Below, in pieces: positions 30,793 to 39,631 of a DNA stretch of 42,455 nucleotides. Within the stretch, counting starts at the first letter, position 1. The number at the start of each line of letters is the position of its first letter. Both the position numbers and the translations under genes were made by a program. The stretch is from an uncultured Candidatus Saccharibacteria bacterium (lineage in GTDB: Bacteria; Patescibacteriota; Minisyncoccia; Phycocordibacterales; 2-02-FULL-43-11), in assembly GCA_964649625.1 (NCBI GenBank), contig CAZYRJ010000002.1, forward strand, positions 1 through 42,455, in the 5' to 3' direction. Under the pieces are notes generated by a model. The model was given only the letters and a program-made list of their open reading frames with translations, ran no database searches and was not told the origin of the DNA.

Positions 30793-31911
30793 ATGTCCCT
30801 TATCGAAAAATTGCCGACCGCTTCGGTTGCCAAAGTGCAAAAAGGCAAGGATTTTTTTGTGCGAAATGAGCGGTTGGTATCGTTCGTGGCTTTCGTGGCC
30901 GGATTCATATTCGATGGCCTGACTTTGATATACGTCAGTCTGCACGAAGCTGCCGTTATCCTCGGGCTATATCTGATCGTTATCGCGCTCGGCATTATCG
31001 TCTTCAACGCGGTCGGTGTCCGCAATATTCAAAATCCCTACATTGTGCGATTTTCGCGGCTGATACCTTACATAATCCAGTTCATGTTCGGAACGCTGCT
31101 TAACGCGTCCTTTATTTTTTATACGGCTAGCGCTCAGCTTTCCATCAGCTGGCCGTTCATACTCTTTTTGGCGGCTATCGTTCTCGTCAACGAGGTCTTT
31201 CACAAGCGCCATCAAGTATTGACCTTCCAGCTCGCGATCTTTTTCGTATCCACTTTCTTATACTTGGCTTTCGCCGTGCCTCTCTATTCGGGGAAGATCG
31301 GCGACGAAATTTTTCTCCTTAGCGGCAGTCTTAGCATTTCCGCCCTCGTTGTGCTCGGGGCGGTTCTCTCGAGCGCGGCCAAAGAGCGTTTTTACGAGAA
31401 GCGCAGAACGAGGATCGTCGTGATCGGCGCTATATATCTTCTCATTAATATCGCTTACTTCTACAACTTGATCCCTCCGATTCCGTTGGCCCTTAAGGAC
31501 GTCGGTGTTTACCATTCGGTTCTTCGGGTAGGCGATCATTACAACGCCAAATATGAGGAGAGCCGCGCGACATTCTGGAGGAGAGAAGCCTTGACCGTTC
31601 ACGTCGTTCCGGGCGAGTCAGTTTACATATTCAGCGCTATTTTCGCGCCGGCTGATCTAAAAGTGCCGATCTATCACGAATGGTTCCATTACAACGAGAC
31701 CGCGAAAAGATGGGATAGCGAGAACAAGCTGCCTTTTTCGATAATCGGGGGCCGCGACGGCGGTTATAGGATCTATTCGCTCAAATCGAATATTTCACAG
31801 GGTAAATGGAAGGTCGATATCACAACGGGGAGCAGCCAGCATTTGGGCAGTATCGCGTTTCGGGTCGAACGGGTCGCGGAGAAACCGCTTTTGGCAGAGC
31901 GAGAGCTGTAA
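30793..31911 (+). CDS. Polytopic membrane protein with a C-terminal soluble beta domain (DUF2914-like?)
   Basis: 372 aa. About 6 TM helices are followed by a domain of about 130 aa ending GKWKVDITTGSSQHLGSIAFRV. The family name is recalled, not verified. Confidence 0.5.
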   Translation: MSLIEKLPTASVAKVQKGKDFFVRNERLVSFVAFVAGFIFDGLTLIYVSLHEAAVILGLYLIVIALGIIVFNAVGVRNIQNPYIVRFSRLIPYIIQFMFGTLLNASFIFYTASAQLSISWPFILFLAAIVLVNEVFHKRHQVLTFQLAIFFVSTFLYLAFAVPLYSGKIGDEIFLLSGSLSISALVVLGAVLSSAAKERFYEKRRTRIVVIGAIYLLINIAYFYNLIPPIPLALKDVGVYHSVLRVGDHYNAKYEESRATFWRREALTVHVVPGESVYIFSAIFAPADLKVPIYHEWFHYNETAKRWDSENKLPFSIIGGRDGGYRIYSLKSNISQGKWKVDITTGSSQHLGSIAFRVERVAEKPLLAEREL

Positions 31912-32023
31912 CTGATATACTTGAAAACATGAAATTTATCATCACTGTTGATGTTGATGCACATTGACCGAATTCGCGGAATCTTTCAAGAAAAAAGGCC
32001 GTACTGCGTAAAGGGCCGTTTCT

Positions 32024-32032
32024 TGCTATCAT
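32024..32032 (+). promoter_or_regulatory. Extended -10 promoter (leaderless arrangement)
   Basis: TGcTATCAT ends 6 nt before the ATG at 32039. Confidence 0.5.
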
Positions 32033-32038
32033 TTTAAG

Positions 32039-32890
32039 ATGTCCGAGGGAGAAAGACTGACAACCGAACAATATTGGGATTCGGTATATAAGGAGCCTCC
32101 AAAGAAGGCTTTTTCTATTACCAAAACAGTAGGCGACCTTCTAAAAAAAGTTTTCGGTTCGCGTATCAAGAATTACAGCGAATACATCCTGTGGACCAAT
32201 CTGTACCAAAAGTATCTGCCGAAAGGCGAGGGCCTGAAGATCCTGGAGGTCGGGTCGGCGCCTGGCTGGAACCTGGTAAAATTCCACAGGCAATTCGGCT
32301 ATGCGCCTTACGGTATCGAGTACGCGCCGCATGGCGTCGAAGAAAATCGCCGCCAGTTCAAGGCGGCCGGCTTGAACCCTCAAAATGTCATTCAAGCCGA
32401 TTTCTTCGAGGACAAATTATATCTTCGCTATGCGAATTATTTTGACCTCGTCGAGTCGGGCGGGTTCATCGAGCATTTCACTGACGTCCCCCCTGTTGTG
32501 CGCCGGCATATTGACCTATTGAAGCCAGGAGGAACGCTGATAATCATCATTCCTAACTTCAGGGGTTTAAATAATAAGTTGTTCGGTTATTTTAATCCTG
32601 AGGTTTTAAAAATGCACAACTTGGAGATCATGAAACTCGACAATTTCAGAAAGACTTTTGCCGCCCTGGGTTTAGAAGAACAGTACGCCAACTACTACGG
32701 CACTTTCAATTTCGGCATGTTCAACACTGCAGGCAGCGGATTCAAATACTATCTGCACAGATTCCTAATAAGATTTCAAGTCATATTAAATATATTCTTT
32801 ATTCTCCTTTTCAAGAACAAGGGGTGCGAAACACGATGGACGAGCCCATATCTCATATATATCGGCGTAAAACCGAAGAATAAAGAATAA
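32039..32890 (+). CDS. Class I SAM-dependent methyltransferase
   Basis: 283 aa. Motif I is ILEVGSAPG, the post-I acidic residue is present, and LKPGGTLIIIIPN follows. The C-terminal tail is hydrophobic. Confidence 0.72.
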   Translation: MSEGERLTTEQYWDSVYKEPPKKAFSITKTVGDLLKKVFGSRIKNYSEYILWTNLYQKYLPKGEGLKILEVGSAPGWNLVKFHRQFGYAPYGIEYAPHGVEENRRQFKAAGLNPQNVIQADFFEDKLYLRYANYFDLVESGGFIEHFTDVPPVVRRHIDLLKPGGTLIIIIPNFRGLNNKLFGYFNPEVLKMHNLEIMKLDNFRKTFAALGLEEQYANYYGTFNFGMFNTAGSGFKYYLHRFLIRFQVILNIFFILLFKNKGCETRWTSPYLIYIGVKPKNKE

Positions 32891-32903
32891 TGAATTAAGG
32901 AAT

Positions 32904-33275
32904 ATGGAAGGAAAAAAAAGAAAAATATCGATCCTTGTTCCTTACCGTCGCACTGGACACGATGTTGCCGTCTTTTTTGGCGGCGGCGCGGAAGGCCAGG
33001 AAAACCCCGAGCAGGCGCTAATTAGGGAAATTAAGGAAGAACTGGATTTCGAACCGCTCGGCAACAATTTCTTTCGGAAGTACGAATTCGAGGGTAGTAT
33101 TAAGCATATTTTTATCATTGGGGTTGAAGAAAGTTTTGATACGAAAATAACGATATTAGAAGGGCAGTACGGCCGATGGTTCAACCGATCTGAAGTAGAG
33201 GAAGAACCGAAACTGATCGAAGAAGATAAGATTGTTCTCAGAGATTTATATCGATATCTGTTGATGAAGAAATGA
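32904..33275 (+). CDS. Small Nudix hydrolase
   Basis: 123 aa. GGGAEGQENPEQALIREIKEELDF fits the Nudix box Gx5Ex7REUxEExGU, except that the last Gly is absent. Confidence 0.6.
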   Translation: MEGKKRKISILVPYRRTGHDVAVFFGGGAEGQENPEQALIREIKEELDFEPLGNNFFRKYEFEGSIKHIFIIGVEESFDTKITILEGQYGRWFNRSEVEEEPKLIEEDKIVLRDLYRYLLMKK

Positions 33276-34387
33276 AATTAGCCTACATAGCTAACGTCCG
33301 GATGCCGACGGAGAAAGCCCACGGCGTTCAGATCATGGAGATGTGCGCGGCGTTCGCGAGTGCCGGGGCAGAGCTGACGCTCGTCGTTCCTTGGCGGTTC
33401 AATAAGCTTAAGGCCGATCCGTTCCAGTATTACGGCGTGCCGAGGAGCTTCAAGATCGTCAAGGTGCCCGCCCTTGATGTTCTGCCGGTTCTTCGCGGTC
33501 GGATAGGTTTCCTAATAGAGCAGTTCAGTTTTTATGTAATAGCCAAGCTGTATGTCCGCTCGAGTAAATTTGACGCTATTTACGGCCGTGATGTCGTTGC
33601 CCCCCTATTTTTCAAAGATTCGTATTTCGAGGTTCATAATATGCCGGAACGTCAGGGAAAGCTTTTTGGGTGGGTAATCAACCGTGCTAAACATCTGTTT
33701 CCAGTTACCGGCCATCTCAAGGATGCATTGATCACGGCCGGGGCTCCGACGGGGAAGATCACTGTCGTGCCCGATGGTGTCAATTTAAGCATGTTCCAAA
33801 ATCGGCCCGAGAAGGAAGCGGCGAGGGAGAGGCTAAACTTGCCCGTCGATAGGAAGATAGTCGTTTACACCGGCAGTTTCTACCTTTACTCATGGAAGGG
33901 TGTGGATGTTCTCCTCGAAACATCAGGTTATTTTTCCGCCGATACGCTTTTTGTACTGGTCGGAGGTGACGAAAAAGAAATCGCGGATATCAAAAAAAAA
34001 GGAGTCGGTCCAAACGTCAGATTGGTTCCGCACCGCCCGCATCATGAGGTTGCCGGGTACTTGGCAGCCGCCGATGTCTTAGTCCTCCCCAATAAAACAG
34101 GGTCCCTTCACTCCGAAAGATACACTTCTCCGCTCAAACTTTTCGAATACATGGCCTCGGGAGTGCCCATAGTGGCCAGTCATTTGCCGTCAATTTGCGA
34201 AGTCCTAAACGAGAATAATGCTTTTTTGGTAACGGCCAATTCGCCGGAACGTTTGGCGGCCGGCTTGCGGATGGTTCTTCTTGATGCGAGAGGGTCGAGG
34301 GAGAGAGCCGACCAGGCTTTGAAGGACGTAAAGAAGTATTCCTGGGATGAGCGGGCAGTTACGATTATTAATAAGCTAGACTGCTAG
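33272..34387 (+). CDS. Glycosyltransferase family 4
   Basis: 371 aa with an ATGA overlap with the upstream gene. A GT-B N-terminal domain is followed by ..YTSPLKLFEYMASGVPIVASHLPSICEVL. Confidence 0.78.
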   Translation: MKLAYIANVRMPTEKAHGVQIMEMCAAFASAGAELTLVVPWRFNKLKADPFQYYGVPRSFKIVKVPALDVLPVLRGRIGFLIEQFSFYVIAKLYVRSSKFDAIYGRDVVAPLFFKDSYFEVHNMPERQGKLFGWVINRAKHLFPVTGHLKDALITAGAPTGKITVVPDGVNLSMFQNRPEKEAARERLNLPVDRKIVVYTGSFYLYSWKGVDVLLETSGYFSADTLFVLVGGDEKEIADIKKKGVGPNVRLVPHRPHHEVAGYLAAADVLVLPNKTGSLHSERYTSPLKLFEYMASGVPIVASHLPSICEVLNENNAFLVTANSPERLAAGLRMVLLDARGSRERADQALKDVKKYSWDERAVTIINKLDC

Positions 34388-34463
34388 TTCTCCGTTTTAT
34401 ATTTAAAACGCCGGTAAAATTGCGCTGGCTTAAAGCTTGTTTTCACGGTAAACTGGACCGCAA

Positions 34464-35162
34464 ATGAAAAAAATTTCTGTAGTCATACCCGTTCATAACG
34501 AACACGCCACTATAAGCCAAATTATAGATAAGGTTAAGCGGGTGCCAATGTCCGGCATCGAAAAAGAGATCATCGTTGTCGATGACTGTTCTACGGACGG
34601 CACCCGGGATGTGCTGAAGCAAATCTCGGGTATAAAAGTTTTGATTCACGAGAAGAATCTCGGCAAAGGCGGTGCGATGAAGACCGGTTTTAAGAACGCC
34701 TCGGGGGACATTCTCATTCCGCAAGACGCCGATTTGGAGTACGATCCGAACGACTTACCCGCTTTGATAGCGCCGATCTTGCGCGGAGAGAGTCAGGTTA
34801 CAAACGGCGTACGGCTTCAGCCTAAAAATGATCATAGGCGCCTCTCGCCGTCTTACTGGGCTCATTGGGCGGGGAATAATGCCATCACGTGGCTGACTAA
34901 CATCCTTTTTCTGCATTATTCAAAAGAGTACGAAGGCTGTTACAAAGCCTTTACAAGAGAGATCATCGATTCGATACACGTCGACACCAATAACTTCGAT
35001 TTCGATAACGAGCTCATTTGCAAGATCTTAAAAAAATGCCACAAAGTGATAGACGTGCCGATTCGATATTACCCCCGCGGCTACGAAGAAGGTAAGAAAA
35101 TAAATTGGAGACACGGTTTTCTGATCCTGTGGACCATTTTCAAGACCCGTTTCACCGATTGA
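34464..35162 (+). CDS. Glycosyltransferase family 2, DPM1/ArnC/GtrB-like (polyprenyl-phosphate glycosyltransferase type), no TM tail
   Basis: 232 aa. Motifs seen: ISVVIPVHNE, IIVVDDCSTDGT, NLGKGGAMKTGF and DADLEYDP. Confidence 0.82.
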   Translation: MKKISVVIPVHNEHATISQIIDKVKRVPMSGIEKEIIVVDDCSTDGTRDVLKQISGIKVLIHEKNLGKGGAMKTGFKNASGDILIPQDADLEYDPNDLPALIAPILRGESQVTNGVRLQPKNDHRRLSPSYWAHWAGNNAITWLTNILFLHYSKEYEGCYKAFTREIIDSIHVDTNNFDFDNELICKILKKCHKVIDVPIRYYPRGYEEGKKINWRHGFLILWTIFKTRFTD

Positions 35163-35228
35163 TCTTCAGCTTCACTTCCAATTATCTTTTTGCTATTGTT
35201 TATCATTATCATTGAAATACGCATCGAT

Positions 35229-35660
35229 ATGGATAAAAAGGTTATGTCAAAGCCGATTCTCATCGCTCGAGACAACAGGGGTATCATCGAAAAACTGGCA
35301 GATGGGAATTACCGCGCCGTGCTTCGGATCACTTCGAAGAAAGGAACGGTTCGCGCCAATCACTATCACAAGATAGGTTCGCACCTTTGCTACCTGGCTT
35401 CCGGTCAAATCGAATATGTCTGGCGCGACACGGTGGACGAAAGCGATCCTGTTCAAAAAAAATTAATCAAACCAGGTGATCTTTTCTTTTCTCCGCCCAT
35501 GGTGCCTCATGCCATGCATTTTCTGGAGGATTCCGAGTTTTATACTTTTGAAACGGCCGATACCAGGAAGGATCAAGCCGCTTACGAAAACGATCTGGTC
35601 CGCGTAAATTTGGTTGAGCCTGAAATTCCACTCATCGCTGACATAAAAAATGGCAAATAA
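35229..35660 (+). CDS. Cupin-fold sugar-nucleotide enzyme (WxcM/FdtA-like ketoisomerase or 3,5-epimerase-like)
   Basis: The start was set at MDKKVMSKP (alternatives TTG 35190 and ATG 35244). Motifs seen: RDNRG......G......I.S.KG..RANHYHK and ..PPMVPHAMHF. Confidence 0.55.
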   Translation: MDKKVMSKPILIARDNRGIIEKLADGNYRAVLRITSKKGTVRANHYHKIGSHLCYLASGQIEYVWRDTVDESDPVQKKLIKPGDLFFSPPMVPHAMHFLEDSEFYTFETADTRKDQAAYENDLVRVNLVEPEIPLIADIKNGK

Positions 35661-36906
35661 AGCCGCGAGAAAATTTTTTAGGGAAAGGAGCGACTGCCGT
35701 CTCTGCGGCAGTCGCCGTCTTATTGCCTTGTGGCAGTTCGGAAAAACTCCGCTTGCCAATTCATATCTAAAAAAAAGCGAGTTAAAGAGGAAAGAGGTCG
35801 AAGCGCCGCTTAATATCGCCCGCTGTCAGAGCTGCAATTTGGTCCAGCTTACCACGGTCGTCGATCCGAAAGTGCTTTTCTCCGACTATCTTTATGTTTC
35901 CTCCACGTCTCCAAAGTTCGTGGCGCACTTTAAGGCTTATGCCCGTTCGATATCAGAGCGCTTCGATGTGACTAAAAAAGATCTGGTCGTGGATGTGGGG
36001 AGCAATGACGGCATACTGCTTAAACATTTCGCCGAGCTAGGTGTGAATATTCTGGGCATCGATCCGGCGGAAAACGTGGCCGAAATGGCCAACAAGCGCG
36101 GCCTCCGGACTTTAGCAGTTTTTTTTAACCAAGCTGTAGCTAAGGATATTCGACAGCAGTACGGCCCAGCAAAGATCATAACGGCCAATAATGTTTTTGC
36201 GCACACCGATCAGGTCAGAGATTTTGCCGTTTCGGCCAAGGAGTTACTGGCTGAGGACGGAGTTTTTGTGTTCGAGGTGCAGTATCTTAAGGATTTGATC
36301 GAGCAGAATTTATTTGACATTGTCTATCACGAGCATCTTTGCTATTACCACTTGACGCCGCTTGCGCCTTTTTTTTCGTCGATCGGTCTTGAAGTATTCG
36401 ATGTTCGGCGCATGGAAGTTCACGGCGGGTCGCTTCGGGTTTTTGTCGGTAGATCAGGGAAACATTCGATTTCGAAAAATATCGGCGAATTCCTGAAACG
36501 GGAGAAATATCTCAACACTTCGAAGCCTTACCGCGCTTTCATGAGGCGGATCAAAGCAAACGAAAAAAAGCTTAGAAAACTGCTTAAGACCATCAAAAAA
36601 GCCGGCAAAAGGGTTGTCGGCTATGGCGCGCCCGCTAAGGCGACGACCTTAAGCTATGTGTTCAAATTGACGGGCAAGGATCTGGAATATATTGTTGACG
36701 ATGATAAAAAGATAAAGCAGGGACTGTTCATGCCCGGTACACATATTCCAATTCGGCCGCCCGAAGCGCTTTACAGTGATCAGCCCGATTATTGTTTGGT
36801 TCTGGCTTGGAATTTTGCGGCTTTGATCGTCAAAAACCACGAACGTTTTACAAAACAGGGTGGCAGATTTATAATCCCGGTACCGTCACCTAAGATAATA
36901 AGCTAA
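35650..36906 (+). CDS. NDP-sugar C-methyltransferase (TylCIII/NovU type)
   Basis: 418 aa. An N-terminal Cys4 zinc ribbon (CRLCGS...CQSCNLVQL) is followed by the SAM motif VVDVGSNDG and a C-terminal C-methyltransferase domain. Confidence 0.78.
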   Translation: MANKAARKFFRERSDCRLCGSRRLIALWQFGKTPLANSYLKKSELKRKEVEAPLNIARCQSCNLVQLTTVVDPKVLFSDYLYVSSTSPKFVAHFKAYARSISERFDVTKKDLVVDVGSNDGILLKHFAELGVNILGIDPAENVAEMANKRGLRTLAVFFNQAVAKDIRQQYGPAKIITANNVFAHTDQVRDFAVSAKELLAEDGVFVFEVQYLKDLIEQNLFDIVYHEHLCYYHLTPLAPFFSSIGLEVFDVRRMEVHGGSLRVFVGRSGKHSISKNIGEFLKREKYLNTSKPYRAFMRRIKANEKKLRKLLKTIKKAGKRVVGYGAPAKATTLSYVFKLTGKDLEYIVDDDKKIKQGLFMPGTHIPIRPPEALYSDQPDYCLVLAWNFAALIVKNHERFTKQGGRFIIPVPSPKIIS

Positions 36907-36915
36907 AACTAAAAT

Positions 36916-38043
36916 ATGTCAGTAAAAATCGTAAGGCAGGATATTGCGGCCATTGCCGAGGGACTTAAGCACGAAGCCAAAAAATTCGAAGGAAAGACAA
37001 TATTGATCAGCGGCGGAGGCGGTTTTTTAGGCAAATACATCGTTGGAACGCTGTGCTATTTAAACGACAAAGTCCTATCAAAGCCGTGCCGCGTAATTTC
37101 CGTTGATAATTTCATAACCGGCCGCGCCCACCCGCACTTCAATTATAAGGGGCGGAGTGACATTATCGAGGTTTGGGGGGATGTTACTCATCCACTTCCG
37201 ATCCGAGAACCGGTGCATTACATCTTGCATGCCGCCGGTCTCGCATCTCCCGTCTACTACAAAAAGTTTCCTCTGGAAACCATAGATAGCGCTATCTTGG
37301 GCGTTAGGAATTTACTGGAGCTCGCTAAGGCCAATGCGGATAATTTGGAGGGCTTTGTTTTCTTCAGTTCGAGTGAGATCTATGGTGATCCGGACCCGAG
37401 TGCCGTGCCTACGCCGGAAACTTATCACGGTTACGTCTCTTCGATCGGTCCGCGCGCCTGTTATGACGAATCGAAACGGTTAGCCGAGACTGTAACGACG
37501 GTTTACGTGGAGAAGTATGGTCTTTCCGCCAAGATTGTCAGACCGTTCAATGTTTTTGGTCCAGGCATGGGGCATGATGACCGCAGGGTTTTGCCAATGT
37601 TTGCTTTCAGGGCGCTCAATAAGCGGCCTATTCCTGTTCACGGTGATGGTCATCAGACTCGTACTTTTTGTTATATCACCGATGCTACCACGGGGTTTCT
37701 AAAAGTTTTGGTGAACGGGAGGCCTGGCGAAGCTTACAATATCGGCAACTCCGACAACGAAATTTCCATGAAAGATCTCGCTGAGCTTTTTGTGGATTTG
37801 GAGGGGGGCCGATCGAAAGTCGAACTCATACCTTATCCGTCCACTTATCCGGCCGGAGAACCACAGCGCCGATGCCCTGATCTAACTAAGGTAAAAAAAG
37901 AACTCGCTTTTCAACCGAAGGTTTCCCTTAGGACGGGTCTTAGGCGGTTCATTGACTGGTGCCGGAGCGAAGATATGTACAAAGAAAAACTCATCAAAGT
38001 ACTGCCGAAAACGCCGGCCATCAAAAAACACGCCAGAATTTAA
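36916..38043 (+). CDS. SDR-family NAD-dependent sugar-nucleotide decarboxylase/epimerase, UXS/ArnA-C-terminal-like
   Basis: 375 aa. Motifs seen: ILISGGGGFLGKY and SSSEIYGDPDPSAVPTPETYHGYVSSIGPRACYDESKRLAET. The second parallels the UDP-glucuronate decarboxylase signature (YGDP..HPQ.E.YWG.VNPIG.R.CYDEGKR.AE). Confidence 0.8.
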   Translation: MSVKIVRQDIAAIAEGLKHEAKKFEGKTILISGGGGFLGKYIVGTLCYLNDKVLSKPCRVISVDNFITGRAHPHFNYKGRSDIIEVWGDVTHPLPIREPVHYILHAAGLASPVYYKKFPLETIDSAILGVRNLLELAKANADNLEGFVFFSSSEIYGDPDPSAVPTPETYHGYVSSIGPRACYDESKRLAETVTTVYVEKYGLSAKIVRPFNVFGPGMGHDDRRVLPMFAFRALNKRPIPVHGDGHQTRTFCYITDATTGFLKVLVNGRPGEAYNIGNSDNEISMKDLAELFVDLEGGRSKVELIPYPSTYPAGEPQRRCPDLTKVKKELAFQPKVSLRTGLRRFIDWCRSEDMYKEKLIKVLPKTPAIKKHARI

Positions 38044-39020
38044 TGATCACATTAGCCATCATCGGAGTTGGGAATTGGGGAAAGAACATCCTTTCGACTT
38101 TGGCAACCCTTCCGCATGTGAAGGTCGGATATCTCTGCGACCCCAACCGATCGCTATCCGCAACTTTGACGAACGCCAAGATAGTCGGTCATTGGAAAGA
38201 ATTATTGGAGAGCGGCCTTGACGGTGTCGTCATCGCCACGCCGCCTTCGACCCATGCTTCCATAGCCATTCCTTTTATAAAAAAAGGTGTAGCTGTGTTT
38301 GTGGAAAAACCGATGACCGAAGGGTTGAGCGATGCCAAAAAGCTCTTTGAAGCCTCAAAAAAGGCGAAGGCGCCAGTCATGGTCGGCCACATCCACCTTT
38401 TCAACCCGGCTTATATTGCTTTAAAAAAAATCGTTCGGGAATTGGGCGGTATACGCCTGATCCGCACCTCGGCAGGAAATTATGGACCTTTTCGCGATGA
38501 TTTTTCGGCTCTTTGGGATTGGGCGCCGCATGATGTGGCCCTTGTATTGGATTTGCTCGAGGCGATGCCCAAAACGGTCTCGGCTTGGGGAGATTGTATA
38601 TACCGTTCTAAGACTGATCTATATGAGACGGCCCAATTGAGGATGACATTTTCGAACGGGGTGGCCGCTACGATCCGCGTTTCATCACTGGATCCAATAA
38701 AAAACAGGGAAGTTACCGTGCTGGCAGGGCAGGGGCTTGTCCGATTCGATGACATCGCCGATAAAAAAGTCGCGCTCTACAAAAATTTCGCCCCAGATTT
38801 CCGTAAGAAGGGCAATTTAAATCCGAGAGAAGCCGAGATAATCTACCCCCGTGTTTCGCCGGAAAAGCCGCTTGAGGAGGAGCTAAGAGTTTTTATCGAT
38901 GCCATCCATAACAAAACAGAACCGGTCTCAAACGCGGAATTAGGATACAAAGTGGTTCGGAGCTTGGATGCGGCGGACCGTTCCATTGCCCAAAAAGGTA
39001 AAGAAATTTCTTTATTGTGA
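38043..39020 (+). CDS. Gfo/Idh/MocA-family oxidoreductase
   Basis: The start was set at MITLAIIGVGNWGKN, with a TAATG overlap with the upstream stop, inside track ORF 37959. It has a Rossmann N-terminal domain and VFVEKPM. Confidence 0.78.
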   Translation: MITLAIIGVGNWGKNILSTLATLPHVKVGYLCDPNRSLSATLTNAKIVGHWKELLESGLDGVVIATPPSTHASIAIPFIKKGVAVFVEKPMTEGLSDAKKLFEASKKAKAPVMVGHIHLFNPAYIALKKIVRELGGIRLIRTSAGNYGPFRDDFSALWDWAPHDVALVLDLLEAMPKTVSAWGDCIYRSKTDLYETAQLRMTFSNGVAATIRVSSLDPIKNREVTVLAGQGLVRFDDIADKKVALYKNFAPDFRKKGNLNPREAEIIYPRVSPEKPLEEELRVFIDAIHNKTEPVSNAELGYKVVRSLDAADRSIAQKGKEISLL

Positions 39021-39028
39021 TCGCTCCA

Positions 39029-39059
39029 AAAATTCTAATACAAAATTTCTTAGAATTTT
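39029..39059. terminator. A+T-rich hairpin between convergent genes
   Basis: AAAATTCTAA (39029-39038) / TTAGAATTTT (39050-59), a perfect 10-bp stem. It overlaps the stop codon of the minus-strand gene. Confidence 0.45.
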
Positions 39060-39625
39060 CCTGATTTTCGGCGGGTGCTGATGAGCGCGAGGTACTTTTT
39101 CCGAAGCCCAAGAATGTCGATGATCGGAAAAAGGAAAGTCAAAATAATGTCAGTTATGGCTTCTCTCGGGCGCGGAATTCCGGAGGTAATGTAGTGTTTG
39201 GCCTTGACGGCCTCAGTAATGCAGAGCCAGCGGACGCGCAGGTAGTGAGTGGCGGTTGAAATGATTATCAGGTCAGCCTTTTTTTCGGCGGCGATTGCCT
39301 TGGCTATCTGGAGTTGCCCGATAGTGTCGAAGCCGCGGCGCTCGATCGAAACATTTTGAGCGCCGAGTTTTTTTAAAGCCTCAACATAATAATCAGCTTC
39401 AGCCCTTGACCCTTTAATGTGAACCGCGCTTAAAACCAAAATTTCGGGTGAGCCGCCGTGCTCTAAAATTTTTTTCTCCAAGTCAACCGACAAAAGGCAA
39501 GTTTTGTACCAATCCTGTTTTTCCAAAAGGCCAACTCGGCCTTTGTGCGGGCTTTTCGTGAGAGGAAGTATTACAAACCTATTTGCCACGCAAACAGTAT
39601 ACAAAAAACGAGTGATTTTAGTCAC
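39050..39625 (-). CDS. DUF218/YdcF-like protein, paralogue 1
   Basis: 191 aa. Motifs seen: ILPLTKS..KGRVG....DWY, IIISTATHYLRVRWL (compare the DUF218 pattern vTs.yH..Ra) and GIPRPREAITD. Confidence 0.5.
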   Translation of the reverse strand: MTKITRFLYTVCVANRFVILPLTKSPHKGRVGLLEKQDWYKTCLLSVDLEKKILEHGGSPEILVLSAVHIKGSRAEADYYVEALKKLGAQNVSIERRGFDTIGQLQIAKAIAAEKKADLIIISTATHYLRVRWLCITEAVKAKHYITSGIPRPREAITDIILTFLFPIIDILGLRKKYLALISTRRKSGKF

Positions 39626-39631
39626 TCGTGC

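Noticed and set aside
33992-34000. A9 tract inside the GT4 gene at 33272-34387 (codons DIKKKG), as a possible phase-variation site.
   Set aside because: A-runs of 7-9 nt encoding Lys stretches occur in several genes of this window (for example near 6630, 32915 and 38421). They fit the local composition, and nothing singles this one out.
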